Below are positions 27,674 to 36,217 of a stretch of DNA of 37,522 nucleotides, piece by piece. The translations under genes and the position numbers were made by a program. The notes beneath the pieces were generated by a model. The model made no database searches. It was not told the origin of the DNA and worked only from the letters and a program-made list of their open reading frames with translations. The stretch spans positions 1 through 37,522 of the forward strand of contig JAZORB010000219.1 of assembly GCA_045656385.1 (NCBI GenBank), read 5' to 3'. The stretch comes from Eubacteriales bacterium. GTDB lineage: Bacteria; Bacillota; Clostridia; Oscillospirales; CAG-272. Each line of letters begins with the position of its first letter. Position 1 is the first letter of the stretch.

Positions 27674-28249
27674 ATGTCGGTTGATTTTGCGGTTGAACGA
27701 ATCATATGGCTTCATAAAAGAATAAAGGACGGTTATTATCCGAATGCTATGCGTCTTTCCGAACGCTTCGGGATTTCTCACAGACAGGCCCAGCGCGACT
27801 GCGATTATCTGCGCCGCAAGCTCGAGGCTCCCGTAGCATTTGACAGGTCGAAGCAGGGATATTATTATACCGAGAATTTTTCTCTGCCTGATTCCATTAG
27901 GGTTGAGGACCCGCGAGATATTTCCAATATCGTGGCGCTTGCGGATATGCTTGGTGGAGGCGACGGAGAATCCACCCAGATAGGCATTCCGTATTCCGCT
28001 CTTTTGCAGATCCCGGATAAGCTCGTTGCTCTCGAGCTTGCTCCCTTTGTGACGCGACGCGTTGGATCGAAGGGGAGATACATATGCGAATTTCAGAACA
28101 TCCGTCTCTTCTTCGGCGCGCTCATCGCTTCGGATGCCGAGATACGTATAATTGAGCCCGCCTGGCTTCGCGAGGATTTTTGCCGTTCGCTTGATAAATT
28201 GCGCATGGCTAACACGGAAGAAGAGGAAAACTGGGACGAAGTACAGTAA
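27674..28249 (+). CDS. HTH regulator related to WYL-domain (YafY/PafBC-type) proteins, HTH plus WCX-like C-terminus
   Basis: N-terminal LSERFGISHRQAQRDCDYLR...APVAFDRSKQGYYY winged HTH and C-terminal IRIIEPAWLRE typical of the WCX end. Only 191 aa. Confidence 0.72.
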   Translation: MSVDFAVERIIWLHKRIKDGYYPNAMRLSERFGISHRQAQRDCDYLRRKLEAPVAFDRSKQGYYYTENFSLPDSIRVEDPRDISNIVALADMLGGGDGESTQIGIPYSALLQIPDKLVALELAPFVTRRVGSKGRYICEFQNIRLFFGALIASDAEIRIIEPAWLREDFCRSLDKLRMANTEEEENWDEVQ

Positions 28250-28435
28250 TATTGGTGAATTTGTTCAAAATGTGGTATTTTCCGCATTTTGAACAAAAAC
28301 AAATGCCTGCATTTTCATCGGCTAACAGATAAAAACAGGTAAAAAACGAGCCTTTCGGGGCACTTTTAAGGTTAATTTGTGAAATATGCATAAAAATAGA
28401 TGCTGAATTATGGCTAAATTCTACTATATGTAATA

Positions 28436-28464
28436 TTGCAAATGGACGAAAAATGTAGTATAAT
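28436..28464 (+). promoter_or_regulatory. Sigma-A promoter of the S10 operon
   Basis: TTGCAA-N17-TATAAT. Confidence 0.8.
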
Positions 28465-28469
28465 ATTGG

Positions 28470-28828
28470 AGCTTGATGTGCGAAGAATGCGTTGAAGCGA
28501 AAGGTTGCCGCAAGAACATGCGGGTAATTTTCGTGGAGAAGTCCGAATTTAATCGGGCGCGTGGGCTATGTCAGGTACCGGGTGGCCTTTGTTCAAGGGT
28601 TACTTCGTGACGACGGCTTTGTAGCCGTACGATCCGGAATTCGCGTCGCGCCGTGCTTGCGTGACGGCGGCGAGTGGCGGGTTTCGGCTTTTGTATGGCT
28701 GCAAAACGAAACGCACGGAACGGTGCATAACAGAAACCGCTCCTAACTTTTCGAACGCGCTGCGCAAATGGCTACATTTTATTATATTCGCACGCACGCG
28801 AGAGAAAAAACAAGGAGGAAAACACAAG
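28470..28828 (+). ncRNA. Long structured S10 (rpsJ) leader
   Basis: About 360 nt between promoter and rpsJ. The 5' part (GAAAGGTTGCCG...ATTTTCGTGGAGAAGTCC) resembles Firmicute rpsJ leaders as I recall them, followed by many GC-rich hairpins. Confidence 0.65.
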
Positions 28829-29140
28829 ATGGCAGTTAAGGAACAGCTCAGAGTCAAGCTGAAGAGCTACGATCACACACTCGTTGACGCGGCAGCCGCA
28901 AAGATCGTCGAAGTTGCTAAGCGCAACGGCGCCGAGGTTTCGGGTCCCATTCCGCTTCCCACCGAGAAGGAGATCGTAACCATTCTCCGTGCAGTCCACA
29001 AGTACAAGGACAGCCGCGAGCAGTTTGAGCTTCGCAACCACAAGAGACTCATTGATATCAAGAAGCCTTCGAAGAAACTCACCGAAGAGCTTATGAACAT
29101 TGAGCTTCCCGCAGGCGTTGATATTCAGGTAACCCTCTAA
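28829..29140 (+). CDS. rpsJ: 30S ribosomal protein S10
   Basis: [15 protein letters not shown] and [11 protein letters not shown]. True ATG at 28829 follows AAGGAGG. Confidence 0.99.
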   Translation: MAVKEQLRVKLKSYDHTLVDAAAAKIVEVAKRNGAEVSGPIPLPTEKEIVTILRAVHKYKDSREQFELRNHKRLIDIKKPSKKLTEELMNIELPAGVDIQVTL

Positions 29141-29254
29141 TCAACACCACCCCCCACCACAACACGCTCAAGTGAGCGCTTGTCGGTCAAGTTGGCGTAA
29201 TGCCGAAAGGTAAAATTCAAAGCGTCAACCAATAACCTTCAGGAGGAAAAGAAA

Positions 29255-29884
29255 ATGAAAAAGGGCATTATCGGTAAGAAGATCGGTATGACTCAGATTT
29301 TCGACGAAGTCGGAAACGTCATCCCGGTAACGATAATCCAGGCTGGTCCCTGCGTAGTATCGCAGAAGAAGACCACTGAACAGGACGGCTACAATGCCGT
29401 ACAGCTCGGCTTTGAGGATTGCAAAGATAAGCACGCAACCAAGGCTGAGATCGGACATTTCGCAAAGAACGGACTTACCACTAAGAGACATCTCAAGGAG
29501 TTCCGCCTTGAAGATTGCTCCGGCTACAACGTAGGTGATGTCGTATCGGTCGAAACCTTCGCCGTTGGCGAGAAGGTCGACGTAACAGGTATGACCAAGG
29601 GCCGCGGTTACACCGGTGCTATCAAGAGATGGAACCTCGCTAAGCTGAGAATGACACACGGCGTTGGCCCTGTGCATCGTCAGTCCGGTTCTATGGGTGT
29701 TATCGACCCTGCGAGAATTTTCAAGAACAAGAAGATGGCAGGTCAGTACGGTAACGAACAGGTTACCATTCTTAATCTTGCCGTTGCTAAGATCGATGCA
29801 GAGAACAACCTTATCGCAGTTCGCGGCGCTATTCCCGGCGCTAAGGGCGGTATCGTATTCATCCGCGACTCGATCAAGGCTTGA
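29255..29884 (+). CDS. rplC: 50S ribosomal protein L3
   Basis: GKKIGMTQIF, DGYNAVQLG, KKMAGQYG and GAIPGAKG. Confidence 0.99.
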   Translation: MKKGIIGKKIGMTQIFDEVGNVIPVTIIQAGPCVVSQKKTTEQDGYNAVQLGFEDCKDKHATKAEIGHFAKNGLTTKRHLKEFRLEDCSGYNVGDVVSVETFAVGEKVDVTGMTKGRGYTGAIKRWNLAKLRMTHGVGPVHRQSGSMGVIDPARIFKNKKMAGQYGNEQVTILNLAVAKIDAENNLIAVRGAIPGAKGGIVFIRDSIKA

Positions 29885-29906
29885 CGAAAGAAGGAGGATT
29901 TGACAA

Positions 29907-30593
29907 ATGCCTAACATTAAAGTACTTGATATGACAGGCAAGGAAGTCGGCGAAATGAGCCTCTCTGAGAAGCTTTTCGGAGCTGAGGTAAACGCATCCG
30001 TCCTTCACGCCGCAGTCAGAGCTTTCATGCTCAACCAGAGACAGGGTACTCAGTCCACCCTTACCCGTACCGAGGTAAGCGGCGGCGGTAAGAAGCCCTG
30101 GAGACAGAAGGGTACAGGCCGCGCACGTCAGGGTTCCACCCGTGCTCCTCAGTGGGTACACGGCGGTATCGCTCTCGGCCCCAAGCCCCGCACCTATCGC
30201 ACCGAGCTCAACAAGAAGACCAAGAGAGTTGCTCTCTTCAGCGCACTCTCCGATAAGGCTGCTAACGGCAACCTCATCATTCTTGACGAGTGCAAGCTCG
30301 AGTCCTACAAGACCTCTGAGATGGTAAAGATGTTTGCTGCTCTCGGTCTTAACAAGGATGTAGAGAAGACCTACAAGGTCGGCGACGAGAAGAAGACTCG
30401 CACCGAGACCGTAGCATGCAAGACCCTGCTCGTTCTCCCCGAGGCTGATCGCGTAGTCGTTAAGAGCTGTGCCAACATTCCCACCGCAGCAACCACTCTT
30501 TACAGCACCATCAACGTTTATGAGATTCTCAATGCTGAGAAGCTCGTAATCACCAAGGCTGCTGTTGAGAAGCTCGAGGAGGTATACGCATAA
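29907..30593 (+). CDS. rplD: 50S ribosomal protein L4
   Basis: RQGTQST, EVSGGGKKPWRQKGTGRARQGS. Confidence 0.99.
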   Translation: MPNIKVLDMTGKEVGEMSLSEKLFGAEVNASVLHAAVRAFMLNQRQGTQSTLTRTEVSGGGKKPWRQKGTGRARQGSTRAPQWVHGGIALGPKPRTYRTELNKKTKRVALFSALSDKAANGNLIILDECKLESYKTSEMVKMFAALGLNKDVEKTYKVGDEKKTRTETVACKTLLVLPEADRVVVKSCANIPTAATTLYSTINVYEILNAEKLVITKAAVEKLEEVYA

Positions 30594-30889
30594 TGAAGAA
30601 AATGGTACAGGATATCATCATTGCTCCCGTTATCACCGAGGCGAGCATGGATATGATGAACGAAAAGAAGTATGTATTCAAAGTTATGACTTCCGCAACC
30701 AAGCCTGAGATTGCAAACGCAGTTGAGGTTATGTTCGGTGTAAAGGTTGCAGCAGTCAATACCATGATGATGAAGCGCAAGGAAAAGAGAGTTCGCTACA
30801 ACTATGGCTACACTGCAGAGTGGAAGAAGGCCATCGTTACTCTTACTGAGGACTCCAAGACCATCGCCTTCTTCGACGGTATGAACTAA
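30593..30889 (+). CDS. rplW: 50S ribosomal protein L23
   Basis: [14 protein letters not shown] and WKKAIVTL. Confidence 0.98.
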   Translation: MKKMVQDIIIAPVITEASMDMMNEKKYVFKVMTSATKPEIANAVEVMFGVKVAAVNTMMMKRKEKRVRYNYGYTAEWKKAIVTLTEDSKTIAFFDGMN

Positions 30890-30906
30890 GTAGGAGGAAA
30901 CGAATA

Positions 30907-31737
30907 ATGCCTACAATCAAATATAAGCCTACGACACCTGCCAGAAGACATATGTCTGTTGCTTCCTTCGAGGAAGTAACCAAGTTCTCTCCCGAGAAGA
31001 GTCTGGTAGTTATCAAGAAGAAGCACGCAGGACGTAACTCCTACGGTAAGATCACCGTTCGTCACAGAGGCGGTGGAAACAAGGTTAAGTACCGTATCAT
31101 CGACTTCCGTCGTAACGACACTGAGTCCGCAAAGGTTATCGGTATCGAGTACGACCCCAACCGTACCGCATATATCGCACTCCTTGAGAACGAGTCCGGT
31201 AAGAAGAGCTACATCATTGCTCCCGCAGGACTTAAGGACGGCGATGTTGTTTCCTCCGGCGCAGAGGCTGATATCAAGCCCGGTAACACCCTGCCCCTTG
31301 CAAACATCCCCACCGGTACTTTCATTCACAACATTGAGCTTCACCCCGGCAAGGGCGGTCAGCTTGTCCGTTCCGCTGGTTCCGCAGCTCAGCTCATCTC
31401 GAAAGAGAATGATCAGGCTCTCATCCGTCTTCCCTCCGGCGAAGTCAGAATCGTTGCTCTCAACTGCAAGGCTACTATCGGCCAGGTTGGTAACATCGAG
31501 CATGACACCGTTAAGGTTGGTAAGGCAGGTAAGACCCGCCACAAGGGTATCAGACCTACCGTTCGCGGTTCTGTAATGAACCCCTGCGATCACCCCCACG
31601 GTGGTGGTGAAGGTAGATCCCCCATCGGTCATCCCGGACCGCTTACTCCTTGGGGCAAGCCCGCTCTCGGTTATAAGACTCGTAACAAGAAGGCTCTTAC
31701 CGAGAAGTTCATCGTAAAGCACAGAAACGCTAAATAA
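30907..31737 (+). CDS. rplB: 50S ribosomal protein L2
   Basis: [18 protein letters not shown] and [13 protein letters not shown]. Confidence 0.99.
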   Translation: MPTIKYKPTTPARRHMSVASFEEVTKFSPEKSLVVIKKKHAGRNSYGKITVRHRGGGNKVKYRIIDFRRNDTESAKVIGIEYDPNRTAYIALLENESGKKSYIIAPAGLKDGDVVSSGAEADIKPGNTLPLANIPTGTFIHNIELHPGKGGQLVRSAGSAAQLISKENDQALIRLPSGEVRIVALNCKATIGQVGNIEHDTVKVGKAGKTRHKGIRPTVRGSVMNPCDHPHGGGEGRSPIGHPGPLTPWGKPALGYKTRNKKALTEKFIVKHRNAK

Positions 31738-31751
31738 GGAGGGAATATAGA

Positions 31752-32033
31752 ATGAGCAGAAGTCTTAAGAAGGCGCCTTTTGTTGAAGAGAAACTCATCA
31801 GCAGAGTTCGCGCTATGAACGAAAAGAACGAGAAGAAAGTCATCAAGACCTGGTCCCGTGCATCTACAATATTCCCCGAATTCGTAGGCCACACCATCGC
31901 GGTTCACGACGGCAAGAAGCATGTTCCGGTATACATCATCGAGGACATGGTTGGACACAAGCTCGGTGAGTTTGCTCCCACCCGCCGCTTCCCCGGCCAC
32001 GCAGGCACCAAGACATCCAACACCGGTAAATAA
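31752..32033 (+). CDS. rpsS: 30S ribosomal protein S19
   Basis: KTWSRASTI and [13 protein letters not shown]. Confidence 0.99.
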   Translation: MSRSLKKAPFVEEKLISRVRAMNEKNEKKVIKTWSRASTIFPEFVGHTIAVHDGKKHVPVYIIEDMVGHKLGEFAPTRRFPGHAGTKTSNTGK

Positions 32034-32053
32034 TCGAGGAGGAAAGAAGAATA

Positions 32054-32407
32054 ATGGAAGCAAGAGCTTATCTTAAATATTTGAGAATTTCTCCCCGTAA
32101 GGTAAAGATCGTTCTCGATCTCATCCGCGGTAAGGATGCTGACGTTGCAATGGCAATTCTCAAGAACACCCCTAAGGCTGCATCTCCCGAGCTTATCAAG
32201 CTCCTCAAGAGTGCAATCGCAAATGCAGACCACAATTTCCAGATGGACACCGCAAACCTTTACGTTTCCGAGTGCTTCGTCTGCCCCGGTCCTACTCTCA
32301 AGAGATACATGCCCCGCGCTAAGGGTTCGGGCAACAGAATTCTCAAGAGAACATCTCATGTAACCCTCGCGGTTAAGGAAAGAGAAACTAAGGAGGTCAA
32401 TGCCTAA
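32054..32407 (+). CDS. rplV: 50S ribosomal protein L22
   Basis: RISPRK, SAIANA and PRAKG...KRTSH. Confidence 0.99.
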   Translation: MEARAYLKYLRISPRKVKIVLDLIRGKDADVAMAILKNTPKAASPELIKLLKSAIANADHNFQMDTANLYVSECFVCPGPTLKRYMPRAKGSGNRILKRTSHVTLAVKERETKEVNA

Positions 32408-33267
32408 TGGGACAGAAAGTTAATCCTCACGGCCTTCGCGTTGGCGTCATCAAGGGCTGGGATTCCAGATGGTGCGTCAAGGACGAGGTTTTCGGAGATA
32501 CACTTGTACAGGACTACAAGATCAGAAAGCTCCTCAAGGAAGAGCTTCAGAAGGCAGGCGTGCCTAAGATTGAGATCGAAAGAGATCAGTATAGAGTAAG
32601 AGTTTACATCCACTGCGCAAAGCCCGGTCAGGTTATCGGCCGCAGCGGTGACAACATCGAAAAGATGAAGAAGGAAGTTGAAGCTATCGTAGGCAAGGAT
32701 GCCAACGGTAAGGTAATTCCCGTATCCATCAACGTTGTTGAGGTTCGTAATCCCGAGCTCAACGCACAGCTCGTAGCAGAAAACATTGCAGCTCAGCTCG
32801 AAGGCCGTGTGGCTTTCCGCCGTGCAATGAAGATGGCTATCAGAAATACAATGCGCCTTGGCGCACGCGGAATCAAGATCACCTGCGGCGGTCGTCTCGG
32901 TGGTGCGGAAATCGCACGTTCTGAGCACTACCACGAGGGTACCATTCCGCTTCAGACCATCCGTGCAGACATCGACTACGGTTTCTGGGAGGCTAACACC
33001 ACCTATGGTAAGATCGGTGTAAAGGTATGGATCTACAACGGCGAAGTCCTCAACGAGGGCGCAGCTCGCGAGAGAAGAAACGATCGTAGAAACGATCGTA
33101 GAGGCGATCGCAGAAACAACGGTGAGCGCCGCGACAACCGCGGTCCCCGCAACAATGACCGCCGTCAGGGTGGTAACAGACCTCAGGGCAATCGCCCCCA
33201 GGGTAACCGTCCCCAGGGCAACCGTCCCCAGGGCGCACGTCCCACTAAAGAAGGAGGCGCAAACTAA
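32407..33267 (+). CDS. rpsC: 30S ribosomal protein S3 with a long C-terminal tail
   Basis: [21 protein letters not shown] and [11 protein letters not shown]. Confidence 0.99.
   Translation: MGQKVNPHGLRVGVIKGWDSRWCVKDEVFGDTLVQDYKIRKLLKEELQKAGVPKIEIERDQYRVRVYIHCAKPGQVIGRSGDNIEKMKKEVEAIVGKDANGKVIPVSINVVEVRNPELNAQLVAENIAAQLEGRVAFRRAMKMAIRNTMRLGARGIKITCGGRLGGAEIARSEHYHEGTIPLQTIRADIDYGFWEANTTYGKIGVKVWIYNGEVLNEGAARERRNDRRNDRRGDRRNNGERRDNRGPRNNDRRQGGNRPQGNRPQGNRPQGNRPQGARPTKEGGAN
33172..33231 (+). repeat. Four tandem 15-bp units encoding GNRPQ
   Basis: ggtaacagacctcag / ggcaatcgcccccag / ggtaaccgtccccag / ggcaaccgtccccag. Confidence 0.9.
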
Positions 33268-33683
33268 TGTTAATGCCTAAAAGAGTAAAGTTCCGTCGCG
33301 TACAGCGTGGCCGCCTTACAGGTAAGGCTTCCCGCGGTAACGAACTGGCGTACGGTGCTTACGGTCTCGTAGCTCTTGAGCCTGCTTGGATCACCTCCAA
33401 CCAGATCGAGGCTGCCCGTATCGCAATGACCCGTTACATCCGCCGTGGCGGTAACGTTTGGATCAAGATCTTCCCCGATAAGCCCATCACTGAGAAGCCT
33501 GCTGAGACCCGAATGGGTTCCGGTAAGGGTTCGCCTGAGTACTGGGTAGCAGTCGTTAAGCCCGGACGCATTATGTTCGAGATGGACGGCGTATCTGAGG
33601 AAGTTGCAAAGGAAGCTATGCGTCTTGCTTCGCATAAGCTCCCCATCAAGTGCAAGTTTGTTTCTAAGGAGGTAACAGAATGA
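33267..33683 (+). CDS. rplP: 50S ribosomal protein L16
   Basis: QIEAAR, IFPDKP and [10 protein letters not shown]. Confidence 0.99.
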   Translation: MLMPKRVKFRRVQRGRLTGKASRGNELAYGAYGLVALEPAWITSNQIEAARIAMTRYIRRGGNVWIKIFPDKPITEKPAETRMGSGKGSPEYWVAVVKPGRIMFEMDGVSEEVAKEAMRLASHKLPIKCKFVSKEVTE

Positions 33684-33868
33684 AGATCAGCGAGATCAGA
33701 GCAATGAGCGTTGAAGAACTCAATGCTAAGCTCAAGGAACTGAAGGAAGAGCTGTTCAACCTCCGCTTCCAGCTTGCCATCAACCAGCTCGAGAACACCA
33801 ACCGCATCAGCGAAGTCAAGCGCGACATCGCACGCGTTATGACTGTTCAGAACGAGAAGAACGCGTAA
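33680..33868 (+). CDS. rpmC: 50S ribosomal protein L29
   Basis: [11 protein letters not shown] and DIARVMT. Confidence 0.98.
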   Translation: MKISEIRAMSVEELNAKLKELKEELFNLRFQLAINQLENTNRISEVKRDIARVMTVQNEKNA

Positions 33869-33882
33869 GGAGGCTAAAGTAA

Positions 33883-34140
33883 ATGGAAGACAGAAACCTC
33901 AGAAAAGTAAGAGTCGGACTTGTTGTTAGCAACAAGATGGACAAGACCGTTACCGTTGCTATTGCGGACAACGTAAAGCACCCCATCTACGGTAAGATCG
34001 TTAAGCACACTCTCAAGGTTCACGCTCATGACGAGAACAACGAGTGCGGCATCGGCGATAAGGTCAGCATTATGGAAACCCGTCCTCTCTCCAAGACTAA
34101 GAGATGGCGTGTAGTTACCATCATCGAAAAGGCTAAATAA
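33883..34140 (+). CDS. rpsQ: 30S ribosomal protein S17
   Basis: [15 protein letters not shown] and [11 protein letters not shown]. Confidence 0.99.
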   Translation: MEDRNLRKVRVGLVVSNKMDKTVTVAIADNVKHPIYGKIVKHTLKVHAHDENNECGIGDKVSIMETRPLSKTKRWRVVTIIEKAK

Positions 34141-34203
34141 TCTAGCGGCACAATTCATATAGTAAATACGTCAAAAATCGTATTGAAACAGGAGGAATCT
34201 TAA

Positions 34204-34572
34204 GTGATACAGCAAGAATCAAGAATGAAGGTTGCCGACAATACCGGCGCCAAGGAGCTTCTCTGCATTCGCGTTCTTGGTGGCACCGGCCGCAGATATG
34301 CAAATATCGGCGATGTTGTTGTTGCTACTGTTAAGAAGGCAAGCCCCGGCGGAATCGTTAAGAAGGGCGACGTTGTAAAGGCAGTTATCGTGCGCAGCAC
34401 ACACGGCACCAAGAGAGCAGACGGCTCATATATCAAGTTCGATGAGAACGCAGCGGTCATCATCAAGGAAGACCAGACCCCCCGTGGCACTCGTATCTTT
34501 GGCCCGGTGGCAAGAGAGCTCAGAGAAAAGCAGTACCTCAAGATACTGTCTCTCGCTCCCGAAGTACTTTAA
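34204..34572 (+). CDS. rplN: 50S ribosomal protein L14 (GTG start)
   Basis: [26 protein letters not shown] and SLAPEVL. Confidence 0.99.
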   Translation: MIQQESRMKVADNTGAKELLCIRVLGGTGRRYANIGDVVVATVKKASPGGIVKKGDVVKAVIVRSTHGTKRADGSYIKFDENAAVIIKEDQTPRGTRIFGPVARELREKQYLKILSLAPEVL

Positions 34573-34590
34573 GGTAAGGAGATAAAAACG

Positions 34591-34920
34591 ATGAATATCA
34601 AAACTGGCGATACTGTCGTACTTCTCACCGGTAAGGCAGCAGAAAAGAAAGATAAGAACGGCAAGGTACTCACTCACGAAGTAATCGCTGTTTCTCCCAA
34701 GGAGGACAAGGTTATCGTTAAGGGTGTTAACACCGTTCACAAGCACGTAAAGGCTCGCCGTCAGGGCGAAACCAGCTCCATCGTTGATACCGAGGGTGCT
34801 ATCTACGCGTGCAAGGTAGCTCTTTATTGCCCCGCTTGCGATAAGGGCGTAAGAGTAAAGACCGTTCTTAAGGACGGCAAGAAGATCCGCACTTGTGCTA
34901 AGTGTGGCAAGGAACTGTAA
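34591..34920 (+). CDS. rplX: 50S ribosomal protein L24
   Basis: IKTGDTV..GK KOW-like start, VKGVN and operon position. Confidence 0.95.
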   Translation: MNIKTGDTVVLLTGKAAEKKDKNGKVLTHEVIAVSPKEDKVIVKGVNTVHKHVKARRQGETSSIVDTEGAIYACKVALYCPACDKGVRVKTVLKDGKKIRTCAKCGKEL

Positions 34921-34934
34921 GGAGGTAGGGAATT

Positions 34935-35477
34935 ATGGCAAGACTTAAGGAAACTTATAGAAATGAAGTAGCTCCCGCACTCATGCAGCAGTTCGGCTAC
35001 AAGAGCACCATGCAGATCCCCCGCCTTGACAAGGTTGTCCTCAACGTAGGCTCCAGCGAGGCAAGAGATAACGCAAAGGTCATCGAGAACATCATCGGCG
35101 ACCTCACCCTCATCACCGGTCAGAAGGCAGTTCCCACCAAGGCTCGCAAGTCCGTCGCAAACTTCAAGGTTCGTGAAGGCATGACCATTGGTGCAAAGGT
35201 TACTCTCCGCGGCGAGAGAATGTACGAGTTCGTTGACAAGCTCTTCAACTTCGCACTCCCCCGCGTACGTGACTTCAAGGGTATCAACCCCGATGCATTC
35301 GACGGCAGAGGAAACTATGCTCTCGGTCTTAAAGAGCAGCTTATCTTCCCCGAGATCGAGTACGACAAGATCGACAAGATCCGCGGTATGGATATCTGCT
35401 TCGTAACCACCGCAAATACTGACGAAGAGGCTCGCGCACTGCTTGCAGCGCTCGGCGCTCCCTTCGCAAAGAACTAA
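34935..35477 (+). CDS. rplE: 50S ribosomal protein L5
   Basis: [21 protein letters not shown] and FDGRGNY. Confidence 0.99.
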   Translation: MARLKETYRNEVAPALMQQFGYKSTMQIPRLDKVVLNVGSSEARDNAKVIENIIGDLTLITGQKAVPTKARKSVANFKVREGMTIGAKVTLRGERMYEFVDKLFNFALPRVRDFKGINPDAFDGRGNYALGLKEQLIFPEIEYDKIDKIRGMDICFVTTANTDEEARALLAALGAPFAKN

Positions 35478-35495
35478 TCAAGGAGGTAGGCAAAA

Positions 35496-35681
35496 ATGGC
35501 AAAGAAGGCAATGATTAACAAGCAGCAGGCTAAGCAGAAGTTCTCCACCCGTGAGTACAACCGTTGCAAGATCTGCGGCCGTCCCCACGCTTACCTTCGT
35601 AAGTACGGCATCTGCCGTATCTGCTTCCGCGAGCTGGCTTACAAGGGCCAGATCCCGGGCGTAAGAAAGGCATCCTGGTAA
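35496..35681 (+). CDS. rpsZ: 30S ribosomal protein S14, zinc-binding type Z
   Basis: 61 aa, CKIC...CRIC and GVRKASW. Confidence 0.97.
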   Translation: MAKKAMINKQQAKQKFSTREYNRCKICGRPHAYLRKYGICRICFRELAYKGQIPGVRKASW

Positions 35682-35802
35682 GTAATTACCAACCCCACAC
35701 TATCGGCAGGAAATTAAGCTACGGCCCGATTTAACCGCCGATACGCCGCCGTTTGCCAACGGCAGCAAGATAAATTAAACTTGCATATGGAGGAAAATTA
35801 AA

Positions 35803-36201
35803 ATGCAAATGTCAGACGTTATCGCCGATATGCTCACACGAATCAGAAATGCTAACGATGCAAAGCATGCAACTGTGGACATTCCGGCATCCAACATGAA
35901 GAAGGCAATCGCCGAAATCCTCGTAAATGAGGGTTATGTTTCCGCTTTCGAAGTAATCGAAGACGGCAAGCAGGGTATCATCCGTGTCACCCTTAAGTAC
36001 ACCGGCAAGAAGCAGAAGGTTCTCCGCGGTATCCGCAGAGTATCCAAGCCCGGTCTTCGTATCTACGCAGGCTGTGAAGAGATGCCCCGTGTAATGAACG
36101 GTCTCGGCATCGCTATCGTATCCACCTCGAAGGGCATCATGACCGACAAGCAGGCTCGTAAAGAGAAGGTTGGCGGCGAAGTGCTCGCTTTCGTATGGTA
36201 A
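35803..36201 (+). CDS. rpsH: 30S ribosomal protein S8
   Basis: [19 protein letters not shown] and VSTSKG. Confidence 0.99.
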   Translation: MQMSDVIADMLTRIRNANDAKHATVDIPASNMKKAIAEILVNEGYVSAFEVIEDGKQGIIRVTLKYTGKKQKVLRGIRRVSKPGLRIYAGCEEMPRVMNGLGIAIVSTSKGIMTDKQARKEKVGGEVLAFVW

Positions 36202-36217
36202 TTAAGGAGGTAGCAAG

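Noticed and set aside
28661-28828. 56-aa N-terminal extension of S10 in the ORF track, and the small ORF at 28561-28746
   Set aside because: The strong AAGGAGG RBS places the start at 28829. The upstream region is better explained as leader RNA.
28970-29030. S10 loop checked for tetracycline/tigecycline resistance changes
   Set aside because: [12 protein letters not shown] is the ordinary Firmicute sequence.
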